A stretch of DNA of 59,026 nucleotides, counting the filler, from Basidioascus undulatus (taxonomy: Eukaryota): the NCBI GenBank assembly GCA_000826855.1. It is 4 parts of 4 records of this genome, joined end to end, with 100 filler letters (N's around TTAATTAATTAA, not from the genome) between each part and the next. Parts side by side here need not be neighbours in the genome. Positions count along the whole stretch, not along the records: positions 9,753 to 39,555 come from JTLS01000123.1; 3 more parts are not named here. One strand, 5' to 3'. The notes beneath the pieces were generated by a model, which did not search any database, had not been told where the DNA came from, and saw nothing but the letters and a program-made list of their open reading frames with translations. Each line of letters starts with the position of its first letter. Position 1 is the first letter of the stretch. This document shows positions 23,486 through 35,493 of this stretch, piece after piece. The position numbers and the translations under genes were made by a program.

Positions 23486-25530
23486 ATGTCGCACGGCCCC
23501 ATTAACGGGGTTAAGATCAGTCGTGAGTGCAATTCATTCTAGGTGCGGAACGCGCGTATGCGTCACGAGGCCAATCGTTGGCCGAACCTCGAACTCGCCT
23601 CTCCTTGGGTTGCCTTCGCCCCACGCTCTACGCTCCTGCTCTTCCTTTCTGCCGCTCATCTGCACACACACATACACACGCGTCCTGGCTCCGCGCTCTG
23701 TCCGAACACACCCACACACACCGCGTCTTCGAGCGCCCCTCCACCAAGCACCCCGACCGCCGAGACACACACACCCCAGTCCGGAACCGAGCTCATGTCG
23801 GACCTGCCTCTGCCCTTCCCAGCGATCGACGACCCCCACCGCATCGTCAAGGTGACGGCGCAGGAGGGCAGGTCGGGTGACCAGCTCGACCTCGCCTACA
23901 CCAACTGCAAGGTCATCGGAAACGGTTCTTTCGGCGTCGTCTTCCAGGCCAAGCTCGTCCAGCCCGCCGGCGAGGAGATCGCCATCAAAAAGGTGCTCCA
24001 GGACAAGCGCTTCAAGGTGAGCTTCAGGCACGCTCCGAGGTCGCCCTTGTGTGGGGAACGTGCGATCGTAGATGGGCTCGTGAACGCGTCGGCTGGGGGC
24101 GCTTGGCTCGTCGCTGGCGCGCAGTTGAGACATCCCGCTCACACGCACGCCCCGTCTACAGAACCGAGAGCTCCAGATCATGCGTCTCGTCAACCACCCC
24201 AACGTGGTCGCGTTGAGAGCGTTCTTCTACTCTAATGGCGACAAGGTGCGTCTCCCCAAGCCCTCGACCTTCGCACGCGTCTTTCACTGGAGCTCACTCT
24301 CGGGTGTGGGCCGCGCACAGCCGGGGAAGGACGAGGTCTACCTCAACCTCGTTCTGGAATACGTCCCCGAGACGGTCTACCGCGCGTCGCGCCATTACGC
24401 CAAGCTGAAACAGACGATGCCGATGATCCAAATCAAGCTCTACATGTACCAGCTCCTCCGCTCCCTCGCCTACATCCACTCGGCCGGCATCTGCCATCGC
24501 GACATCAAACCCCAGAACCTCCTCCTCAACCTCTCCACCGGCGTCCTCAAGCTCTGCGATTTCGGCTCCGCCAAGATCCTCGTCCCCGGCGAGCCGAACG
24601 TCAGCTACATCTGCTCGCGCTACTACCGCGCGCCGGAGCTCATCTTCGGCGCGACCAACTACACCACCAACATCGGTGCGTTCCTGCTCTTGCTGAACCC
24701 GAGGCGTGGTCGCGGTGCTTGTCAGGCTGACGGGCGGTGAGGGCGATTAGACATTTGGTCAACGGGCTGCGTGATGGCGGAGCTCATGCTCGGTCAACCG
24801 CTCTTCCCCGGCGAGTCGGGCATCGACCAGCTCGTGGAGATCATCAAGGTTCTCGGCACGCCGACGCGCGAGCAGATCAAGACGATGAACCCGAACTACA
24901 TGGAGCACAAGTTCCCCCAAATCAAGCCCCACCCCTTCTCCAAGGTGCGTTCTTGCGCTCGTTGCCTCGCTCGTGTGGCGCGAGATGCTGAACTCCGTTT
25001 GGTTCTGCCTGCTGCGCTTTCAAACGCCAGGTCTTCCGACCTCGCACCCCCGCAGACGCGATCGCCCTTATCTCGCGCCTCCTCGAATACACGCCCGACG
25101 CTCGCCTGTCGGCCATCGACGCCATGTGCCACCCCTTCTTCGACGAGATCAAGCAGCCGGACGCGAAGCTGCCGAATGGCAAGGACCTCCCCGTCCTGTT
25201 CAACTTCACCAGGGAGGGTACGCACGCATTCTCTCAGTCCGGGGGCTTCTCATTGGGATTTCCCGCGAGGTTGGAGGCAGTGGGCAATTTGCTAACACAC
25301 ACGTATGTTGCGGTGATCGTTTCCAGAGCTGTCAATCCGGCCGGACTTGATTCGTAAGCTCGTCCCTCCCCACGCGGAGCCGGAGCTGCTGAACCGCGGG
25401 ATCGACATCAACAACTTCTCCCCGTGCGTTCCGATCTCCATTCCGTGCTATCGACCGCCTGAAAGCTGACTGTGGCATGCTTCGCCCGCGCAGAATACCC
25501 TTGGAGCAGCTGCGGCTTTCCCTGGACTGA
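23486..25530 (+). CDS. GSK3: Glycogen synthase kinase-3 (CMGC; Rim11/Gsk3 orthologue)
   Basis: [80 protein letters not shown]; intron 1 is 23523-23823; ends LRLSLD*. Confidence 0.98.
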
Positions 25531-25534
25531 GGGA

Positions 25535-25551
25535 CGCGCGCGCGCGCGCGC
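25535..25551. repeat. (CG)8 dinucleotide run just after the GSK3 stop codon
   Basis: CGCGCGCGCGCGCGCGC read directly. Confidence 0.9.
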
Positions 25552-26159
25552 CTGCCCACGCTGTTTGCGCGACGCGAGCCCGACGCCCTGCGCGCCGACG
25601 CCCCACTCGCGCTGCAGCCACCGAACCCGCGCCGCCCTTTCCACTCCCCGTCCGTCTTCTCCCTCGCCGCCCGCACCGCGTCGCTCCGCAATCCCCATCC
25701 CGCGCCCGCAAGCATAACTTTCCCGCACTCACGCAACGCGATCACCTCCTCCCCTGCTCTTGATCTACTTTACGCCTTTCATCTGTATCTACGTTTGTGT
25801 TCTACCATCCAGACCATTCCATCCGTTCTCTTTTCTTCTTACACGACGCACAGTTCCTTTTCTGCTTTTTTGCTGTTGATGTCGCCGCACGCATGTCTCC
25901 GCAGCATTTTCACTTTTCTCTTCTCCCCCTTTTTTCTGCAGATCCTTTCCGTCTCCTCAATGGTCGTCTCCGCGTCTCTATTGGCTTCCGCTTGGCCGCT
26001 TATCGCAATCATCAACGTGGCGTTGTACAAGTCTGTTGCATTGTCTGTCTATGTGCGGGTTTTGACTGTGAAGCATGAGGACGAGGCATCCGATCAATCG
26101 CACTGGTAGTCCGAGTAGTCTATGCGGCCGATCCATCCAGTTGCTCGGTGGCGGAGCAA

Positions 26160-27360
26160 TCACAACGCCGACCTCTGCTGAGCGAGGACCGCCTGGCGTA
26201 CGACAAAGTCCGCCGCCGCCTCGAGCATGACCGGGGGCGTTGCGTGCCCGACCCCCTCGAACACCTTGACCTCCTTGACACCCTTTGGCCCGACCTCGAG
26301 CGCCCCCACGAACTGCTCGTTGCTCGACCAGGGAACGAGCGCGTCGTCCGCGCCGCTAAGCACGGCGATGCGCTTGCCGAGGAACGGGTTCAGTGCGCCG
26401 TCGGAGGACGTGTACTGCGCTGAGGCGGGGTCTTGAGATGCCACGAGCGAGCGCAGGGAGGACGGGAAGTAGGGCCCGGTCAAAGGCAGGGAGTGCTTGG
26501 ACGCCCGGTGCGAGATGAGCGTTAGGTAATCCGGGCACCCAATGAGCGGGACGCCGATGGTGATGCGGGGGTCTGATGGGGCAGACAGTTAATCAGCAGC
26601 GACGCGGAAAGAGGAAGGGAAAAGGGCATGGAGAGAGCGATAGCGGCGGGGAAACGAGGAAACACGACGAACCGTTCTTGAGCGCTATCCAGGTCGCGTG
26701 CCCGCCGAGGCTGACCCCCGCGCAGATCCACAGGTCGACGGTGCGCTCGTCTGTGGGGAAGAGGTAAGAGCGAAGGAAGGAGATGAGGAAGGAGACGTCG
26801 GAGGCGGTGCCGGCTGTACAGGAAGAGGAAGAGGGGAGCGCTCAGCCTGAAGCGCAGACTGTGGGATATCAGGGAAGACGTGAATACTTTGGGTCGCATA
26901 CATGTCGATACTGCGAGCATACGGGATGCACCGTGAGCGTCATAAAAGTGGGATGCGGAGGAAGAAGCCAGCTCACGCATGGCGCTCGTTGAACCCGTCC
27001 ACCTTCCCCTGTTCCCAAGCGAGGTTCGCCTTCTTGTCCACAGTGCGCCCACCATGATTGCGTTGGTCCTTTTCCCATAACACTCCTCATCAACCTGCTG
27101 ACATCTCTCCCCATACACGCGCACGCAGCACGCACAAACGTAACGACAATCAAGTCCCGCGCTGCCGACTCGCGCGCCTCATGCGCCTTGCGCAGCGTCG
27201 CTTCGACGAGCGGGACGACCTTCTCGGACTTGCTCATCCGCCCGTGGAGGATGAACTCGACTGCGATCGGGCGTGAGGCGCTCGAGGGGGACAGTTCGTC
27301 CAGCCCGAAGACGCGGATGGGGAGTCCGGCGATAACGAACTCGCGCGATGAGTACCGCAT
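26160..27360 (-). CDS. Alpha/beta-fold hydrolase (esterase-like)
   Basis: FILHGR, TF|DQRNHG, nucleophile GVSLGGH, LSGADDALVP (Asp), FEGVGH (His); several canonical introns. Confidence 0.92.
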
Positions 27361-27946
27361 GGTGTAGAGCGAGAGCGGAAAGTCCGTTGACCGAGGTTCG
27401 CAAGGCTCGTCTAATGACTCGAAATTCAAGCTGTGGGTGAGTGCGTTGCAGTGATGGAGTGAGATGGTGGCACGAAGACGACCTGAAGCACCGGTCCGCG
27501 CATTGCCGTCTTGCCGTCGTGCCGTCCGGGGAGCAGTACTCACGTAACTTTGATTTATTTCGCATCTAGTTGCCATCGACGACGGTGTCGGAAATATTTT
27601 TTGTAGAATATTCGTCGTGGAATGCTTGATGTCTGTTGAAATTCATTGCTTCTTTGGGTTCACCAGTCAAGCCGAGGAGGGCACATCGGGCTGCTCGATT
27701 GGGCGCGTGTCCGTCCCTTGACTTTCGCTGCAACATCGCCCCGCGTTGCGTCGTCCTGTGATCCGCCTGCATCCTGTGACCACTGTAGATGAAGATAGGT
27801 ATGATGATGGAGCCTTGGAGTGTAGCCCTGTGAACATGGAGCAACTATGCAGCGGCCCGGTCCTCTGCAGATCCCGCCATGTTCAACACATTAAGACGTC
27901 CTGAACCCAGTTGCCTTTTGGCATGCCAAACAATACATCTCAAAAC

Positions 27947-30900
27947 ATGATTTTACAGGTCGTACCTCCCCTCATCGTCTACATTGCAACAGCGGCGGCG
28001 TTGCAGATACGCGGACTGCCGTCGTCGGGTCGAGCCCTCTGGTACACTAAACCGGCAGACAACTGGTTACGAGAATATCTTCCAGTCGGGAATGGCTTTA
28101 TGGGAGGTAAGAGATGTGGAGTCCAGCCGATAATATCAGGTTCTGAGAGTCAGCGCTTCAGGAATGGTGCAAGGCGGTGTCGAGCGCGATGAGCTGCAAC
28201 TGAACCTCGAGTCGCTCTGGACGGAGGGCCCTTTCGAGTACCCGGTCAGTCATTTATGGGAGCCTATGGAAAGCTATTCTAACCTAACTTCCAGACAGGA
28301 TTATACTGGCGGTAACAAAGACGAGGACGAAGCCCCTGCCATTGCGGACGCGCTTGCCGGATACCGCGCAGGGACGTTTGCGAACGGGACCATCGCCGGT
28401 AAGTCCACATCGTCTGATAATGATACCCCCGAGAACATGGAAACTCATTTCATTTCCTGAAAAGACCTCGACGCGCTTTCGGCTACTGACATCGGCTACG
28501 GTAGGCCGAAACGTTGCAGCTGCTTTACAGTCCACTGACTTGCTTCTCATCCCTCGCAGGTTCCTACGCTTCAGCAGGATCTCTGTTCGCATTACACAAC
28601 ACCAGTGCATCTTCGGAGAACTACACCCGCTGGCTGGACTTGGACGACGGCGTGGCTAGGTCGTCTTGCGTGGAAGGCAATAGCTCGTATCAGCGGTACG
28701 TGTGCATTGAGCTTCTTCTTTCGGCCGTCGCTGCGTTGATCTCAACTCAGTCCTAGGGAGGTATTTTGTTCCTTCCCAGCTCGCGCTTGCGTCTATCACA
28801 CTTCCACGGACCACCCCGTCGGCCTCTCGACCTCGTACTCGCTGTGGTCGGAACGAGTCAACGTCACGTCGGTTTCCTGCCACGACGACACCACTCTGAA
28901 GCTCCGCGGTCATGCCGGACTGGAGGATGGCATGGTCTATGAGCTGCTCGCTCGGATCTGGGCTGGCGCCGGAGGCAGCGCGAGCTGTGTCTCGACCCCT
29001 GGCAACGCTACGCTCGAAGCGACCAATGCTCCGGAAGTCACCGTCGTCCTTGTTGGCGACACCGAGTACAGCATCGACGCCGGGGATGCCGTGCACAACT
29101 TCTCCTTCGCCGGACCTGACACCCACTCCGAGCTCGCAGAGGGACTCGCAGCGATACCGCGGGACTATGCCGCGCTGCTCGACGACCATGTTCAGGACGT
29201 CTCAGACGGACTGCACAAGTTCTCGCTCGACCTTGGACAGACTGCCGATTTCGAAACGCCAACCGACGAGCTCGTTACCGCTTACAACTGGACGGACGGC
29301 AATCCGTACCTCGAGTGGCTGCTCTTCCAATACGGGCGCTACATGTGAGCTTGAAGGCGTCGTCGTCTCTGATTCTCGCATGCTTACTCATATGAGACGA
29401 ATGAAAGGTCTTTCACCTCATCGCGGGGCGTTCTTCCCTCCAACTTGCTGGGCCGGGTTGGCGTTTCTGCTTCTTGGAGAATTGCACAGTTGCTAACGGA
29501 AGGCGAACAGTGGTGCGCAGGTACACGCTGCGCATGGAGTGCAGATTACCATGCGAACATCAATGTGCAGAGTATGTGGCTCAGTTTTGATTCTAAGCTA
29601 ATTTGGGTCTCGCAGTGATGTATTGGGGTGCGGAAATTACCAACCTGAACGTGACACAGAGCCTGTGGGACTACATAGAGGCAGGAGCCTTCTCTTTCCC
29701 ATTTTATATCCTGCCGATCTCACAAGGACCCTCATTTCTCCCGTGCATAGAAAACATGGATTCCCCGAGGAACGGAGACAGCTCGCCTACTTTACAACTC
29801 CTCCGGCTGGGTAACCCACAACGAGGTGTGTCACGGCCACTGTCATTCTACTACTCAAATGGGTCGCTGAGCTTAAATTGACCAGATGAACATCTTTGGA
29901 CATACGGGAATGAAAGGTAACAATGCCTGCAACTGACGTTGCCTCAAAGTTGGGTTTGATACTGATGTATGCACTGCAGGCATCAGAGGAAATGCAACGG
30001 AGGTGTCGGCCGGTGCGTTCAATGACTTGATTGATGGGCCATGTGGTTCTAGTTTGACCGGATTTAATACAGGTTCTGCGAAATGGGCCTCGTACACTGC
30101 GTCTCACATCTGGATGGTATGACCCGGTTGCGCTATTGTGCTCCATCTCTGACCGAAATGCCCTCGCAGATGCTCCATGTTTGGGACCACTTCCATTACA
30201 CCGGCGATGTCGATTGGTTTGTAAAGCAAGGGTATCCCTTGCTGAAGGTACGTGGATCACCTTCGCGGTTGTCCCGCAAGTCGAGGCTTACACACTCGCC
30301 AAACAGGGCGTCGCGCAATTCTGGTTCGACAACCTGTTCCCAGATGGGCATTTCAACGATTCGACTCTGGTGAGTTTCTCTGACTTACTCTGGAGAGTCG
30401 AATGCCTAGTGACAACTTCTGACTACGTCTGCACCAGGTCGTCAACCCCTGCACCTCTCCCGAACAAACGACGATCACTTTCGGCTGCGCTCATCAGCAG
30501 CAGCTCATCTGGGAGCTGTTTGTCAACATACTCAAGGGCGTGGAGATCGCAGGCAAGACAGACACCGCCTTCATCGAGACGACACGCTCTGCACTGGAAC
30601 AGCTGGATCGTGGAGTGCATCTCGGGAACTGGGGCCAGCTGCAGGGTGAGCAGTGCTTGTCCCTAGTATGGTATCAACAAAGGCGCTGCTCACACCACCA
30701 AATGCTCAGAGTTCAAGATTGGTGCGCGTGTCGCGTTGTAGGAAACAGCTGGACGACTCATAATAGCAGAACTATCGTTATCCCTCAGACATCGACCAGC
30801 AAAACGACACGCATCGCCATCTATCGCATCTTGTCGGGCTGTATCCCGGCTTCGTTCTCGCCTCATACCCGGACAACGAGCAGTACAGCAGGTCCGACGT

Positions 30901-31738
30901 TCTCGACGCTGCTCTGATCTCCCTCGTTGCACGCGGCAACGGCACGGGCACGGACGCGGATTCAGGTGTGTCTTCCACGGAGGGGGAAACTTGAAGCTCT
31001 GCCGTTGCTGACAGAGAGTGAATGTAGGATGGGAGAAGGTACCCGCTATTCGCTTTCAGTCCCTCGCTGCATCACAGTCATCTAACTATACTTCGGCAGG
31101 TCTGGCGGTCCGCCCTTTACGCACAGCTCGGAGATGCGGAGACGGCCTACTTCGAGCTCAAGGTATACTTGTTATGTTGCTCAGCAACGCATGCTTTGAT
31201 GTAGGACAGCTTACTGAGAGTTGGCTGCACGGAGTACGCTCTGTACACGAATTTTGCGGGAAACCTCTTCTCGCTGTACACGGCCAGCAATACTGGACCT
31301 TTCCAGCCCGATGTAGTATTCCCCAATATCGTTTAATACCCCCAACCAGTCGCTCATCACTTGGCGTACACAGGCTAACATGGGCGTAGTCGGCTCCGTC
31401 ATCGTACGCTCCAACTTGCCTGTGAAAGCTCGAAGCTAACAGTGCTCTACCCGAAGAATCAACTCTATCATGCGCCCAACACCCTACACTCGGACAATGC
31501 GATCCAGCTCACCCTCCTGCCAGCCTTGCCGTCCACATGGCCGTCGGGTCACATCACTGGCGCTCGCGTCCGCGGCGGCATAGGTCTGGACCTTTACTGG
31601 TCGAACGGGGCCGTCGTCAACGCAACGTTGTATTTCGACCGTTCGAGTCAAGCGACGTCTGTCAACGTTAATTACCAGGGGCAGGTCATTGCGCAGATCG
31701 CTGGACAGCCTGGGTCGGTACATCCTGTTTTCGTTTAG
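27947..31738 (+). CDS. Secreted glycoside hydrolase family 95 (alpha-1,2-L-fucosidase-like), more than 20 introns
   Basis: Signal peptide; [90 protein letters not shown]. Confidence 0.95.
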
Positions 31739-32149
31739 CTGTCGGGTGAACGACGGGACGATTTCGAATGGGAATGCATCCATGTTACCCTTTGCATGAA
31801 AACTTCATCCTGGAAAAGCGACACACTGCATGTCCAATTAAGCAGTCGCGAGCCTGCGACCTTATGCACCTTGATGCCTGTGGAGTCTCGCAACAACCAC
31901 AACGTGAAGTCGGTGCTGGCAGCTGCTTGCGCTCACACGATGTCTGGTAATGTCTGGCATCGGCTCGATGCAAGCCCCGTATGCATACAATCTTCATCAA
32001 CGGCGGCGGCCATGTCGGGACTGAACCAGCCAGCCGCGCTCTAGAGGTTGACGACGTCTACCAGCAACAGCCCAATATTTGCCTGTACTTGCACCAGTTC
32101 GAGTACTTATGGGACACTCTTGAAGCGCATTGTTGGCCTTTTGGGTAAC

Positions 32150-33530
32150 TAAGCACACCAGCACACACAACGATTAGGCGAGTGACGACCCGTTGCATCC
32201 GGAGTCACACGGTCATCTATACACATACTACAACAGATAAACGATACAAAGAGGGGATGTCCCTTGCGTGTGAAGCGTACACTCCTGGGGAACGGAGAGT
32301 GCAAGACAAAAGCACGAGGTGGATCGTCTGGCCGCCAAGCATAACGGTGCTCGTGTGTAGGATGGACGGAGGTCCGCACGAGCCTCGAAATAACGATGGC
32401 TGAAGATAGGAAGAGAAAAGGGAAGCGCAATGCGAGAGCTGGATGGAAGGAATGAGATGGATGGTCGCGGTATGTACAGGTCTATGGATGGGGTGAGGTT
32501 AGGGGGTGGGTCGCGCTCAGGAGCGGGAAAGAAGACGCACCGAGAGGAACGAAAGAGAGCAGACACCAAGTCATCCAGCTGCTGACCTGCGGACCCACCA
32601 ATGAATAGTCAGTTCGCCGTATCCTAGAAGGCCAAATGATTTGTTCCGAGCGTGTGGAGATGTGGGAGGGGTCTGACACCCACCGATCCCACTGAAGAGA
32701 GACGGCGAGTTCTTAATCCCCTCCATCGTTCATCTTCGCCTAAACCCATTATCACTCGTCCGTCCGTGGGGCTGGGAGGAGAGTACTGTCTAGAAGGGGC
32801 GGTGTGGAGAAAGGAAAGGAAAGGAAAGGAAAGGAGGGACCTCGCGAGGGCGCGAGGGCGGCGAGTGCAGCGAGATGGAGCGCGGACTCACCGATGGCAA
32901 TACCGCTGTGATAGAAGGCCAACGGGATAGGCAAACGTACGAGACAAATGGGAAGGTGTATGGTGCAAGGAGTCACATTGGCGGATGGGCGAAAGAGGGA
33001 ACGAGGGGAGAGAAAACGAAGGGAGAAGACGAAGGGCAGGGGAAGAGAAGACGAGGGGCTACCCAAGGCGACCCTAACTGCCCACTTTCTGCGTAGTGAT
33101 TGGACCATTATTATTGTGATCCCCATAGACTGTATTAGAAGGGTTCGAAAACAAAAATATAAGCTCAAATTGTACAGATTTTTATGGGTGTAGGGGCAGC
33201 CAAGGAGAAATGAAAGAAGTAAAGAGCCCACAGTTTGGCGATTCATCGCTCTGCGTTTGGGAGAAAAGAGGAGTCTGGTATGAGTACGCTAGTCGGCCAC
33301 CCTCGCGCGGTCAGGTTTTCCTCTTCCCTTAGGTCCGGTTCCTCACCCCGTCAAGAAGAGTCAGTCCTCCTCGCCGTTGCGCCCTTCATCCTCACCATAA
33401 CTGACATTCTTTGTGTGTAGGGTGAGCTTTTGGTTCATTCGCAGAATTCCCGTTCTCGACGTACTCGTCATTGGCCGCGTCGTCTGGCACGCTCCTTCGC
33501 TGGGCGGCCTGTTCGACCACAACCCGGCAA
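32150..33530 (-). ncRNA. Candidate spliced lncRNA/snoRNA-host or microprotein transcript divergent from RPL26 (ends approximate)
   Basis: Five intron-like units on the minus strand (33251-33464, 33130-33231, 32906-33085, 32624-32891, 32482-32540) with 14-83 nt exons and no convincing ORF. Confidence 0.4.
32808..32835. repeat. (AAAGG)5 pentanucleotide microsatellite
   Basis: Read directly. Confidence 0.9.
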
Positions 33531-33534
33531 TGAT

Positions 33535-33554
33535 ACTGAGCGCATGCGCTCAGT
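33535..33554. promoter_or_regulatory. Perfect 20-bp palindrome ACTGAGCGCATGCGCTCAGT upstream of RPL26
   Basis: The sequence equals its own reverse complement; about 300 bp upstream of the RPL26 ATG. Regulatory role is inference. Confidence 0.4.
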
Positions 33555-33849
33555 TGGGCGTCTGGGGGGAGGCGAGGGGATGTGCGCAGGGTAGGAAGCT
33601 GGAGGGGTGGGCGGGAGCGCAGGGTGAAAAGCTGGGCGATGGGGCGAGCACACGACGAGGTCGACCGTTGATGAGCTCAAAAGCTGACTTTGCCGTCTTC
33701 CCCTCGCCCTCCCTGCCCCTCGTCCCCTATCCCGCCGCGGCCTCCAATCGCACCCGCTCTTTTCACGCACTTCCTCGGAATCCCATCTCTCACGTTCCCG
33801 ACTACCCTCTCCCTCTTCTCGCCCACACCCGGCACCCGTCTCCAGCAGC

Positions 33850-34517
33850 ATGAAGTTCTCCCAGGACGTCTCCTCCTCGCGCCGCAAGTCGCGCAAGGCG
33901 CACTTCGCTGCTCCCTCGTCGGTGCGCCGCAAGATCATGTCCTCGCCCCTTAACAAGGAGCTCCGGGTCAAGCACTCCGTACGTCCACCCCTACCCCTGC
34001 CACAAACCAACTTTGTCCCCTCCCTCGCACACCGTTCCCAACCAGACGCAGGCGCTCATGCTGGCGTTTGCATTTGCTATCGCGCACAGGTCCGGTCCAT
34101 CCCGATCCGCAAGGACGACGAGGTCCTGATCGTCCGCGGCTCGCACAAGGGCAAGGAGGGCAAGGTCACCCAGGTCTACCGCAAGAAGTGGGTTATCCAC
34201 GTCGAGCGCGTCAGCCGGGAGAAGTCCAACGGCTCGACCGTCCCCATCGGCATCCACCCGAGCAACGTCGTCGTCACCAGCCTCAAGCTCGACAAGGACC
34301 GGTGCGTCTGGCTTCCTCTCCTCGTTTCTCTGCGGCGCGAGGGCTGACGGGACCGCGCGGGTGCCGTGTTCAGCCGTGCCATCCTTGAGCGCAAGTCGAC
34401 GAAGAAGGAGACCAAGGACGTCACCATGGCTGAGGCCGTGCGTCTTTCTTTCCCTCTCCCCTCTGCAATGTCCGTAGCGGCGGAAGGCTGACATTGTGCT
34501 CTCGTCCCGAGCAGTAA
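33850..34517 (+). CDS. RPL26: 60S ribosomal protein L26 (uL24)
   Basis: [34 protein letters not shown]..|[48 protein letters not shown]; three introns; extreme codon bias. Confidence 0.99.
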
Positions 34518-35493
34518 ATCCTTTCTCTCCCTTCTTTCCGTCTTGATCGACCTCCATGCTTCCTCCACCACATGTACGCTACGCCGCATGCACACTCTCG
34601 GGCACACGCATCGCGGGCAAGCGTGACTGCTATCGGGAGACGTCTGGACATCTCTGGTGTGCTGCGTTGTCTGGATGTGAAGTCTGTGTAAGTGCTGCGG
34701 GTCGTGCGCAAGGGGGAGCGAGTATGGGCACGCGAGAAGTCCAAGGAATGCGGTGAATGGGACTGATGAGGTAAAGACTTGCTCGCACCTAATACTGGTG
34801 AAAGAAAGCCAGACCGTGTATAACTGCTGGGCATACAAAACAAAGCCTTCGGAAAGGGAAGGCGGAGCCCGTCGTCGAAAGCGGAAGTCATGATCTTCGC
34901 TCGGAACGACGCCGACTGACTTGTGCTCTGACCAATCTGTGGTTAATATTGCTGGTTCAGGTGACCTATTCCTGCTCAGATTCAAGAAGAGCAGTCCGTT
35001 TATCAGAGAGCTCTACGCGGACAACCTCGACGCCGTGCTGCTCGTGGCTGAACTCGGCTGCAGTCCGCAAGGTAAAGAGACTTTTGGTGGAGAATCATAC
35101 CAATTCAATTGAACAATGCCATATTGTTGTTTGGACTTTCAATATGGACCTGAAAGAGCTGAGAATCCCTGATGCCGTCGCTGCGGCCGCCCTGCTCTTT
35201 GTTCTCACTAACAAAGGGCGATGTTACCGTATAGCTTCTTAAAGACTCCGACGACCAACCCATCTGTACTTTTCATCTCAACTTCCTTCTCACTACATTC
35301 TTTCCTCTCTTGCATCCCTCTTGTACCCCTCATCTCTTCCTCGCGCGCTGGGCCGCGTCTTCGATCGGCGACCTTTCCGTCTCGCCCCGCTTTCTTGACC
35401 TCTCGCTGTCTCTCGACGGGCTGGCCCACGTCACCTCTTGAACGAACCCTTTACCTGACTATTATTCGACGAGTCTCCCGTCCACTCTCCATC

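Noticed and set aside
32490..32510. CCCTAACC on the minus strand as a possible telomerase RNA template
   Set aside because: It is the CTAAC branch site of a 59-nt intron, and the match to a telomere template is incomplete.
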